From the IMG/VR virus record IMGVR_UViG_3300024999_000098: a stretch of 20,000 bases of DNA; one strand, 5' to 3'. The stretch's first letter is position 1. Every line of letters begins with the position of its first letter. This DNA comes from an uncultured virus (IMG/VR IMGVR_UViG_3300024999_000098) (Duplodnaviria; Heunggongvirae; Uroviricota; Caudoviricetes). Under the pieces are notes generated by a model. The model was not told the origin of the DNA, did not search any database, and saw only the letters and a program-made list of their open reading frames with translations. Shown one piece after another: positions 9,160 through 17,078 of this stretch. The position numbers and the translations under genes are program-made.

Positions 9160-11690
9160 TCGGCTTTATGACCGGCACCGAGGCCAAGCCATACGAGGAT
9201 CAGCTGGGCGACATCCAGGAAGAGTTCATCATGCAGGGCCAAACCCTGAACGAGAAGCGGGACCAGAATGTGGCCATGATGGACCAGATGATCGGAGAAA
9301 TTCCGATTTGGACTGCAGCAATTGAACAAATGCAGCGGGATCTCGATGCCCGCGTGTTCACTCCGCAGGAGGTTTCCAAGGGAACACCGGACTGGTTTCA
9401 GGCCAAAATCGACAAGCGGTGGGAAGACCTTGCCGAGCGTAAACGCCTGATAGATCAGTGGGAAGCTGAGAAAGGTATGCTTTCTGGCATGACAGATAGT
9501 GAGGCTGCAGCCATCATTCAGGAGTACAATGGCAACGCTTCCGCCTTTGACGCAACGGCAGAGATCCGTGGTTGGTCCGACGAAGCACTCGACCGGATGT
9601 TCCGAGCCGGGGAATTCGATCCGGAAGAGTATATCAACCTAAAGCGAATGTATCAGTATTACGTGCCCTTGATGCGTGAGGATCAGGATAACGCTGGCCT
9701 GGCGCAGGGTCGAAAAGGGCTCGGGCCGATCAGCCGTCCGTTCAAAACAGCAGCCGGTTCCACCCGCAAGGTTGTCGATATCTTCGCCAACGTGGTGGAT
9801 CGCTGGCAGGGCTCCGTTGCGAGAGAGCAGAAATTAATCGCAGGAAGGGCACTGTACGACATGATCAGGGCAAACCCGAATGAAGAGATGTGGGCCATCG
9901 TTCCGCTCAAAAAAAGCCCTTATGAGGACAATGAGGGCAATATCCGCTATTACACTGATCAGCGCCTGGACGACAAGACCCAGACCTATGTCAAGGTGGA
10001 CGGCAAGAAGTACGTGATCCAGATCAACAAGAACAGCCCCACCATGGTCCGTTTCATGGAAGCGATCAACCGGCAGGTTACCCAGATGGGTCCGGTCTAC
10101 CAGGCTCTCGGTTCAGTCAACCGCGTACTGGCCAGGTTGTACACCAGCTGGACCCCGGAATTCATGCTGCCCAACTTCGCCCGCGATATCCAAACCGCCA
10201 TGGTCAACATGACGGCCACAGAGGCCAAGGGCCTGCAGACCACGGTACTTAAGAACGTCGGTAAGGCAATCCGTGGAATCTGGCTGGAGGAGCGCGGCAA
10301 ACCATCCGGAGTCTATGGTGCTGCCTACAAGGAAGCCAGGATGACCGGTGGACTCATGGGGTGGATGACCAACTATGAGGACGTAAAAGAGCTTTCCAAG
10401 GAATTAAAGATGGACTTTGAGACGGCTCAAGGGCAGCACTGGACCCGCCATAAACTGGAGGCCATTGGGAAGTATGTCAACGACCTGAATATGGCAATCG
10501 AGAATGGTGTCCGTGTCGCAACCTATAAGGCCATGGTTGATCGCGGGATCGACAAACGGATCGCAGCACAGACCGTATCGAACCTGACCGTGGACTTCAC
10601 CAAGCACGGAACCGCAGGCCCGGCAATCAACAGCCTGTTCATTTTCGCCAACGCGGCCATTCAGGGTACGGTGCGCGGCGGGCAGGCCCTGCTGACCTCT
10701 CATAAGGTCCAGGGTGTTGCAGCCAGTATCGTCGGCTTCGGGATGATGATGAACTTCCTGGGCGGCTGGATGGGCGGCGAGGACGAGGACGGCGAGGAAT
10801 TCTACGAGAAGATGAAACGGGAACAGCCGGATCTCTTCCAGCGGAATATCGTCATCATGCAGCCGGGCGGCGGCGGGAAGCACTTCAAGATCCCGATGGC
10901 CTATTTCTGGAACACCTTCTACACGCTGGGCGATGAGGCCGCAAGCGCCATGAAGACCGGGCGCTGGGGTGAGGGATCGGTGCGAGTCGTCACCGCCCTG
11001 ATGAATTCCTTCAATCCATTGGCCGCGTCTTCCGCACTGCAGATGGTCACTCCGACAATCGGTGATCCACTCGCACAGGTAGCAGAGAACAAGGCCTGGC
11101 ACGGCGGCCCGCTGATGCCGAAAGAGAACCCGTTCGGTTATAAGGCCGACAGCTGGCGGCACTGGAAGAACGTCAACCCGACCGTCAAGGAGACGATGCA
11201 ATGGCTGAACGATGTGACCGGTGGTAGCCAGTTCAAGTCCGGGTGGATCGATATCTCCCCAGAGACAATCGAGATGCTGATCGGCACTTATGGCGGTGGT
11301 GCTGGCAAATTCATCGCCGACACCATGAGCCTGCCGATCAACGCAGCCACTGGTGAGCTTACCCCCAGAAATACACCGCTTGTCAGGAAGATCTACGGGA
11401 CGATGAATTTGCGCGTTAACATTGGTATTTTCTACGAAAACCGTGAGGATCTTGAGATCTTTGAACAGGAGCTGAAGGTCGCCACTCCCGCAGAGCGCCG
11501 GGCCATGATTAAAGACCCGCTCTATAAACTCCTGGGGCCATACAAACAGCTGGAGTCTTCGCTGCGGGTTTTGACGAAACAGAAGAAGGCATTGGTGGAG
11601 AAAGGACAAGACACCGATGTCATTGATAAAAGAATTTCCAAGCTCCAAGTGGAGTTCAACGCCAAGTACAATAAGGCGACCGGACGTTGA
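9087..11690 (+). CDS. Giant polyvalent virion protein, C-terminal part with LPD38-like domain; probably continuous with 3619-9159
   Basis: 867-aa ORF in the -1 frame with no convincing start or RBS. Motifs SGMTD.EA, YYVPL, P.F...NF.RD, IENGVR, LTVDFTKHG, LFIFANAAIQG, KIPMAY, PLAQVAENK..G.P and IDISPETIE are typical of the C-terminus of LPD38-bearing phage ejection proteins. Confidence 0.8.
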   Translation: MGTARPRAEPADAPSEPRRYVDAVIGFMTGTEAKPYEDQLGDIQEEFIMQGQTLNEKRDQNVAMMDQMIGEIPIWTAAIEQMQRDLDARVFTPQEVSKGTPDWFQAKIDKRWEDLAERKRLIDQWEAEKGMLSGMTDSEAAAIIQEYNGNASAFDATAEIRGWSDEALDRMFRAGEFDPEEYINLKRMYQYYVPLMREDQDNAGLAQGRKGLGPISRPFKTAAGSTRKVVDIFANVVDRWQGSVAREQKLIAGRALYDMIRANPNEEMWAIVPLKKSPYEDNEGNIRYYTDQRLDDKTQTYVKVDGKKYVIQINKNSPTMVRFMEAINRQVTQMGPVYQALGSVNRVLARLYTSWTPEFMLPNFARDIQTAMVNMTATEAKGLQTTVLKNVGKAIRGIWLEERGKPSGVYGAAYKEARMTGGLMGWMTNYEDVKELSKELKMDFETAQGQHWTRHKLEAIGKYVNDLNMAIENGVRVATYKAMVDRGIDKRIAAQTVSNLTVDFTKHGTAGPAINSLFIFANAAIQGTVRGGQALLTSHKVQGVAASIVGFGMMMNFLGGWMGGEDEDGEEFYEKMKREQPDLFQRNIVIMQPGGGGKHFKIPMAYFWNTFYTLGDEAASAMKTGRWGEGSVRVVTALMNSFNPLAASSALQMVTPTIGDPLAQVAENKAWHGGPLMPKENPFGYKADSWRHWKNVNPTVKETMQWLNDVTGGSQFKSGWIDISPETIEMLIGTYGGGAGKFIADTMSLPINAATGELTPRNTPLVRKIYGTMNLRVNIGIFYENREDLEIFEQELKVATPAERRAMIKDPLYKLLGPYKQLESSLRVLTKQKKALVEKGQDTDVIDKRISKLQVEFNAKYNKATGR

Positions 11691-11715
11691 CCGATGTATC
11701 AATATGAGTTATAGT
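11687..11715 (+). promoter_or_regulatory. Putative sigma70-type promoter
   Basis: TTGACC (11687-11692), 17-nt spacer, TATAGT (11710-11715). Each box matches consensus at 5/6. It lies in an AT-rich gap and is followed by an AGGAGG RBS before ATG 11745. Confidence 0.55.
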
Positions 11716-11744
11716 TTTTATAAACGTATTTTATAGGAGGAAGT

Positions 11745-12047
11745 ATGTCAAAAAGGACAGTTATCGCCAAAGTAGCCGCAGCACGAACGATCACTAGGGA
11801 TTTTGATAAGGGGTTTTTCCCAAAAACATTACAGCTTGATGGGGTTCTTGGGGCAAATACGATCCCGGTGATGTTGGTTGGCATTGATGGGAACATTGAC
11901 ACAGCCGCCTATAATGACGCTGGTGTAGCCCTGGCCTTTTCAGCAACCAAAACCATCATTACCATCTATGGACCGTGCAGTATCGCACTCGTAAAGCCTG
12001 ATACTGGCGCAGAAGCGGTTGGCGTTTCGCTAATCGAGATGGGATAA
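11745..12047 (+). CDS. Hypothetical beta-rich phage protein (100 aa)
   Basis: Strong AGGAGG RBS; ends 1 nt before the next ORF. Confidence 0.8.
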   Translation: MSKRTVIAKVAAARTITRDFDKGFFPKTLQLDGVLGANTIPVMLVGIDGNIDTAAYNDAGVALAFSATKTIITIYGPCSIALVKPDTGAEAVGVSLIEMG

Positions 12048-12048
12048 T

Positions 12049-12210
12049 ATGGGGAGCCCATTTGGTAGTTTTTCCGGTGACTCTGCGGGGGATGCTTTTT
12101 CTCAGGAGCCTGCAGAATTATTAGGTAATCGAGCGGATGTGACATTTGGCGGCGATATAGATGTAACCTTTGGCGGTGATCAAGATGTGTACTTCGGGAG
12201 GGAGTTATGA
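12049..12210 (+). CDS. Small protein (53 aa) with DVTFGGD repeats; missed by the ORF track
   Basis: MGSPFGSFSGDSAGDAFSQEPAELLGNRADVTFGGDIDVTFGGDQDVYFGREL*. It starts 1 nt after the upstream TAA, and its TGA overlaps the next ATG (ATGA), filling the gap exactly. Confidence 0.7.
   Translation: MGSPFGSFSGDSAGDAFSQEPAELLGNRADVTFGGDIDVTFGGDQDVYFGREL
12136..12198 (+). repeat. 24-nt tandem repeat, ~2.6 copies
   Basis: gatgtgacatttggcggcgatata / gatgtaacctttggcggtgatcaa / gatgtgtacttcggg; differences are mostly at third codon positions. Confidence 0.85.
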
Positions 12211-13949
12211 GATATTGGTCGTTATTTTTTGCATTATTTTTATGTTTTACCACTCCGGTATTTGGCGCTGTTGAGCTTGACGCAGACAGTAACGGAGCCA
12301 CTGATGTCGGTAAGGGCGGAACAAACTCCACTACTGCAGCGGGTGCCAGGACAAACCTGGGGGTTCCTGCTACAGCTTCAACCTTGGCTGGCTCTTGTAC
12401 TGTGGGACCATGCCTCGACGGTACGAGCGATGGCGGTGACCTGATTAAACTCTACGGCCCCGGAGGTTTCTGGACCGCGCTACAGGCTGGCAATGCAGTA
12501 GCAAATCGGTCCTGGCGATTACCCCTAGCCGCCCCGCCTACTCCAGGGACAACGCGGCTGATGAATATGGACGAGGATGGCCAGATGGGCTTTGTCGATC
12601 CGGCAATTTTCCAACCCGACCTCGCCGTACCATCTCAGGCTGAAGCGGAGGGGGGGACGGCAACCACGGAAAGGGTGTGGACTGCAGAACGGGTCAAGCA
12701 GGCGATTGAAGCCTTAGGGGGTAGCGGAACCATCCCAGATGGAACGATAGCCAACATGATCCTGCAATGGGACGGGGATTCTTGGGAGCCTACCTCCTCG
12801 GTTGCCGGGCTGATTGACGACACTGCCGGGGATGGGGATGTTGATAAGCTGCTGAGTGCTGATAGGGTTGTTGATTTGATTACTGCCGGTGGCGGCGGAA
12901 CATTCACGCCTGATGCGTTCCCGGCTTACGAGGATTCGGCGCACACCTCAGGGATAGCCTGGAACAGCACGGCCCTGGCAGTATATGACACGGCCTCAAG
13001 CAAATGGTTGACCACTGCACTGACCGACACCCTTGATCCATCCCCAGCGGCACCGACAGTAACCTCCGTGACCGTAGGAACACTTGGCCTCTCCGCTGAT
13101 ATCCTGTTCAATACCGCGATATCCGCTGGGATCGGCGGACCGGTTGGATGGTCGATGATCTGCGACAGCGTGCCGATCTCTATGACCTACGACTCAGGAC
13201 TCACCACATCCACACTCGCATATACCCTCGGCTCGACACCATTTGACGGTGATACTTGTACTGTCGATTTTGAGCAGCCTGGGGATGGCCTTGTAAATGG
13301 GGCGAGTGTTGAGTTGGCATCTATCACAAATGGGGATGTGACAAACAACAGCGAGGTTATCGCTGGCGGATATCTGTTCTCTTGGGACGCTGAAACAACT
13401 ACTGCGAACCTCAGCTCCGGCACCGTTACGGGGACAGTCACCGGCGACCCAATGCTATCCACGGACTACGCGGCATCGCCTACACAGTCACTCAAGGCTA
13501 CGGGGGGCAGCGATTACTACCGATTCACTGCAAATGCCTATGATCCCACAGGTGGCACGATCCGTCTTAAAATGTACGGGAACTATACAGCCGTAGGCTC
13601 CCAAGCCAGGGCGATGGCGGTATACGGAGACGCGAGCAACAATATTGAGGTGCATCACAATACAACCAACAGGGTGACGTTTTACCATAGATTATCCGGC
13701 GCAAATGTCTATGCCACCTCAAGCAACAGTGTGATGCTCCCCGGCCAATGGAATGATGTAGTATTCACCTACGCCCAAAACGGCGGCGCAACAGACTGGT
13801 CACTGACAGTCAACGGGTCTGCGGCAGGCTCAGGCTCAACCGCGAATCTGTGGAACTCAGGTATTACCCCTGTCCGGGTAGACGTGGGCACAACCAATGC
13901 CACTGCACCTATTGGCCCTATCTATGTAGATGATGTGGTGATCGAATGA
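12207..13949 (+). CDS. Tail-fibre/adhesin-like protein with N-terminal signal peptide, Ig-like (SwmB-repeat-like) segment and C-terminal ConA/LamG-like domain
   Basis: GGAGGGAG RBS. Signal-like N-terminus MRYWSLFFALFLCFTTPVFGA. Fibre motifs GGTNSTTAAGARTNLG and SQAEAEGGT..VWTAERVKQAI. LamG-like C-terminus GGTIRLK..GQWNDVVFTY..LTVNG..IYVDDVVI. Confidence 0.7.
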   Translation: MRYWSLFFALFLCFTTPVFGAVELDADSNGATDVGKGGTNSTTAAGARTNLGVPATASTLAGSCTVGPCLDGTSDGGDLIKLYGPGGFWTALQAGNAVANRSWRLPLAAPPTPGTTRLMNMDEDGQMGFVDPAIFQPDLAVPSQAEAEGGTATTERVWTAERVKQAIEALGGSGTIPDGTIANMILQWDGDSWEPTSSVAGLIDDTAGDGDVDKLLSADRVVDLITAGGGGTFTPDAFPAYEDSAHTSGIAWNSTALAVYDTASSKWLTTALTDTLDPSPAAPTVTSVTVGTLGLSADILFNTAISAGIGGPVGWSMICDSVPISMTYDSGLTTSTLAYTLGSTPFDGDTCTVDFEQPGDGLVNGASVELASITNGDVTNNSEVIAGGYLFSWDAETTTANLSSGTVTGTVTGDPMLSTDYAASPTQSLKATGGSDYYRFTANAYDPTGGTIRLKMYGNYTAVGSQARAMAVYGDASNNIEVHHNTTNRVTFYHRLSGANVYATSSNSVMLPGQWNDVVFTYAQNGGATDWSLTVNGSAAGSGSTANLWNSGITPVRVDVGTTNATAPIGPIYVDDVVIE

Positions 13950-15130
13950 GCATACTACTAGCGATCGTAATATCTCTATGGGCGGCAGTATCGTGGGCCG
14001 AACCGAGTGTAACAAGTGTATCTGAATCAATGTCGCAGGGAAATCAGGTGACAATCGCCGGAATAGGTTTTGGCTCTCACGCGGATCATAATGATGCTCG
14101 GCCATACTTGGCGGCTGGCTGGGAAAACTTTGAAACAGGTGCTGCTGATTCGATATTTACAGCCAACTATGGCCCTGAGTTGGAGACGAATACGGCTCTA
14201 CAAAAAGCCAACAGCAACTATGCGGCTAGAGGATATCGTTGGGCCACACCTCACGCATATACTAATGTGTGGGGGCAGGCTAAAAATACCGAAACAATGT
14301 ATGGTTTTCACTTGCCGCTTGCGACGTTTCAGAAAAAGATTTTCATCTCGGGATGGTATATGTTCCCCGAAGGTTTTGGTACAGGGATAAATTACCAGTG
14401 GGGTGACGCTGATCAAACAAAGTTTTTATGTATGACTCCGATTGGTACTCTCAGTGGGAGTGATGGGGCGAAAACATATTTTCAGACTAGGCAAGATTTA
14501 GTAGATATTCCACTCCGCACAGAAACCGAGGACGGTTATCTGTCAGAAGGAAATGACGACCCGCTTTTCAATTATTCCCCAATGGGGACATGGCATAGAT
14601 TCGATATTTACGTTGATCTCACCAAGCCTGAAGGCCAAAAAATCCATAACTGGTACGTTGACGGTAAAAAACTTCCGCGCGTTCATGAGTTTTATAACGC
14701 TGACGCAAACCTTACTTCTGCTGGGGTGATAAACGGATTCAATTATCTATCCTGGTTGATGTACCAGTTTGCAGGAGACGATACTTATACGTGGTTTCAA
14801 TACATGGATGATGCTTTTGCCAATCTTACTCAGGCCAGGGTTGAAATCTCAGAAAGCGCTACATGGGATGAAACAGCGCAGACACACAAGGAGATACAAA
14901 TTCCGTTATCATGGAGCAATACGGAGATAGTTGTCTCCGCAAACCTTGGCAGTTTTGACCCAGGGGCAACTCTGTATCTGTACGTGATTGATGATGATGG
15001 GGCGGTATCACCTGGGGTTGCGATTAACGTCCCCGGCGAGCCGCCCATCCCTCCCGCAGCAGGCGCAGCATCCCTCAGCGGCCCGCAAGGCGCGGGGTTG
15101 GGTGGGGCTGGGAGTGTGACGATACAGTAA
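13946..15130 (+). CDS. Secreted-type beta-sandwich (lectin/lyase-like) protein with signal peptide
   Basis: ATGA-coupled to the upstream gene. Signal-like N-terminus MSILLAIVISLWAAVSWA. IPT-like GNQVTIAGIGFG. Aromatic-rich core with WHRFDIY..WYVDG..YMDD..ARVEI..QIPLSWS..YLYVID. Confidence 0.7.
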   Translation: MSILLAIVISLWAAVSWAEPSVTSVSESMSQGNQVTIAGIGFGSHADHNDARPYLAAGWENFETGAADSIFTANYGPELETNTALQKANSNYAARGYRWATPHAYTNVWGQAKNTETMYGFHLPLATFQKKIFISGWYMFPEGFGTGINYQWGDADQTKFLCMTPIGTLSGSDGAKTYFQTRQDLVDIPLRTETEDGYLSEGNDDPLFNYSPMGTWHRFDIYVDLTKPEGQKIHNWYVDGKKLPRVHEFYNADANLTSAGVINGFNYLSWLMYQFAGDDTYTWFQYMDDAFANLTQARVEISESATWDETAQTHKEIQIPLSWSNTEIVVSANLGSFDPGATLYLYVIDDDGAVSPGVAINVPGEPPIPPAAGAASLSGPQGAGLGGAGSVTIQ

Positions 15131-15145
15131 TATAAAAGGAGAGTT

Positions 15146-15439
15146 ATGTGGGATTTTTTCAAGGATCTATGGGGCATGTTTCTCTCCATTGCTTTGGGAT
15201 TTTTATGGCTCGGGCGGCTGGAAATGAAAGTCCATAAGCTGGATACTGCCAAGCTGGTGACCAGGGAGTACAGTGATCTGCAGCATGGCCTGGAGGCGCA
15301 GCTTGCCGCGACAGAGGCGCTGATTGTCAAGGCGGAAATTGTCAACCTCAAGGAGATGATTGCCAAGAACGATGAGCGGAGTGAACAGCGTCATAACGAC
15401 CTGATACTTATCCTGCAAAGCATAGGCCTCAAAAAATGA
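15146..15439 (+). CDS. Putative holin-like / lysis-associated membrane protein
   Basis: AAGGAG RBS; one N-terminal hydrophobic helix plus a coiled coil; basic C-terminus; ATGA-coupled to the endolysin. Confidence 0.55.
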   Translation: MWDFFKDLWGMFLSIALGFLWLGRLEMKVHKLDTAKLVTREYSDLQHGLEAQLAATEALIVKAEIVNLKEMIAKNDERSEQRHNDLILILQSIGLKK

Positions 15440-15927
15440 CACGGAATCAGAAAGCGTGGCTTGAAATGATAGCCTATGCTGAATGTGGCTATGCCCTGTT
15501 GGATGTCTCAGATAACGGGTACAACGTGCTGGTGTCTTCAACGGCAGCACATCCGTATCTATTTTTCGATTATAGCAAACACCCTCGCAGATACATGAAG
15601 TTCTCAGCCCACATTATATCGTCGGCTGCAGGGCGGTATCAGATACTGTATGACACATATTTGGACATGGTAAAAGCCACTGGACTTAGTGACTTTTCGC
15701 CAGCCACACAGGACGCTATGGGCCTGAAGCTTGCCGAGCGACGCGGTGCAATGCCATACATCCTGCAAGGGTTTATCGAGGAGGCAATATGGAGGTGCCG
15801 AAACGAATGGGCTTCACTCCCCGGAAATAGCTACGGACAGGGCGGCAAGGCTCTTGACCAGCTTCTCCTTGCCTACTACCGAGCTGGCGGTATTCTTATA
15901 GGGGGGCAGAGAAAGCAACTGCATTGA
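15436..15927 (+). CDS. Endolysin, lambda R-type lytic transglycosylase (GH104 / lambda lysozyme family)
   Basis: AWLEMIAYAE (catalytic Glu), GYNVLV, DYSKHP, SSAAGRYQIL, DFSPATQD and WASLPG.SYGQ are all characteristic lambda R motifs. Confidence 0.93.
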   Translation: MTRNQKAWLEMIAYAECGYALLDVSDNGYNVLVSSTAAHPYLFFDYSKHPRRYMKFSAHIISSAAGRYQILYDTYLDMVKATGLSDFSPATQDAMGLKLAERRGAMPYILQGFIEEAIWRCRNEWASLPGNSYGQGGKALDQLLLAYYRAGGILIGGQRKQLH

Positions 15928-16438
15928 CAAATTTCTTTGCACTTGAACCATGATCCCAGTCATCAAAGCCAAGACACTGTTCGGCGGCATAGCGGGCGCA
16001 TACGGCCTCCACGAACAATTCATAATGACCAAGGTGGCGAAAACTACCACGATGATGGATATATGCAGCCCACCTCCCGTTGCACTTGCGAAAGCTCACC
16101 CCCTGTACACCTGAAGAATTATCACTCCTATTTCCCCGATTCATGGACTGCTCAAATGGGGATGCCTCTCTAAGGTTGCTCCACCTATTGTCACTCCGAA
16201 CCCTGTTGGCGTGATCTACAGTCTCCATTGGCATATAACCCTTCATGTACAGAACCGCCAAACTGCCAGCGCTGTACATGATAGAATCAACACACATAAG
16301 CCGATAACCCGATATTCTGGAAATACACCCGGCAACGTCACCAACTTTTACGCGCCTCGCCACAGCCACCCGCCACGTAAAAAGCCCCGTTTCCGGATTA
16401 TAATCCAACACCTCCTTGAGCCGTTCTTGCGTGATCAT
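15896..16438 (-). CDS. HNH homing endonuclease (HNH_3 plus AP2-like C-terminus)
   Basis: ITQERLKEVLDYNPETGLFTW..VDHANRVRSDNRWSNLREA..N.SGVQGV..W.AYI..LG; AAGGAG RBS; ATGA overlap with the upstream gene. Confidence 0.9.
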   Translation of the reverse strand: MITQERLKEVLDYNPETGLFTWRVAVARRVKVGDVAGCISRISGYRLMCVDSIMYSAGSLAVLYMKGYMPMETVDHANRVRSDNRWSNLREASPFEQSMNRGNRSDNSSGVQGVSFRKCNGRWAAYIHHRGSFRHLGHYELFVEAVCARYAAEQCLGFDDWDHGSSAKKFVNAVAFSAPL

Positions 16439-16797
16439 TTACGCTCCTTCATCTTGATCGTAACCACCAACCGGCCAATATGTTCCTTGTCGGGACGGAC
16501 CCGGATCTTACGGATATCGACCTCTGGAAATTCGTTCATAAAATCCTCCAGCTGCCGGGCGATGATTTCCTCCTTGGCATAAAGAAGATCCCGCTTCCAT
16601 ATCCCGCGAAGCATCCCCGCATTGCCAATCGGCTGATCATCCAGCTTAGGGATAGGGGGTGGCTTCGGTCGACCCTGGATCATCCTAATAGCCATACAGG
16701 TTTCACACATACACTCGGTCATTTTCGGGTCATGGCCAACCTCGAGGTCGGTGCCCCACTGCTCCTCGTTCCAGTCCAGTGCTTCCCAGTCTTCCAT
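16435..16797 (-). CDS. Hypothetical phage protein (~120 aa) with a CxCxxC motif
   Basis: GAGG RBS before ATG 16797 (the track start is GTG 16803); coupled to the HNH gene; contains ECMCETC. Confidence 0.7.
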   Translation of the reverse strand: MEDWEALDWNEEQWGTDLEVGHDPKMTECMCETCMAIRMIQGRPKPPPIPKLDDQPIGNAGMLRGIWKRDLLYAKEEIIARQLEDFMNEFPEVDIRKIRVRPDKEHIGRLVVTIKMKERK

Positions 16798-16799
16798 AA

Positions 16800-17078
16800 T
16801 CACCTCGTAAAAAGTTTGTATTCGTATTCAGATCCGGTGCGATCCGCTTCTTCCTGAAGCGCGGCGAGACATTCGTCCGCCTGTTTTCTTCAGCCGAAGC
16901 CGCGCACCTTGATCCATTCCGGTGACCACGTTACGCCCCACAGGCCCTGCCGGACGCGGTGCTTTATGACGAATGCATGAAGGGAGAACTCGTCCGCGAA
17001 GTATCGCTTTTTTACCGGCGCAGCTTCTTCCACTTCTTCCCGGTACAGATCCGATGGTCGCATTTTTCGCTTCGCCAC
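16800..17078 (-). CDS. Small protein with an in-frame TGA at 16890-16892 (62 aa if terminated, 92 aa if read through)
   Basis: GGGGAG RBS, 7 nt, then GTG: MAKRKMRPSDLYREEVEEAAPVKKRYFADEFSLHAFVIKHRVRQGLWGVTWSPEWIKVRGFG*RKQADECLAALQEEADRTGSEYEYKLFTR*. The second stop lies 2 nt before the next ATG. Confidence 0.55.

Noticed and set aside
1041..11702. Long antisense ORFs (1041-2045, 8146-9138, 10404-11702 and others)
   Set aside because: They are shadows of GC3-rich sense genes and have no recognisable motifs or RBS.
12136..12198. CRISPR-like mini-array
   Set aside because: The repeats are contiguous, have no spacers and vary by codon position, so this is a coding repeat.
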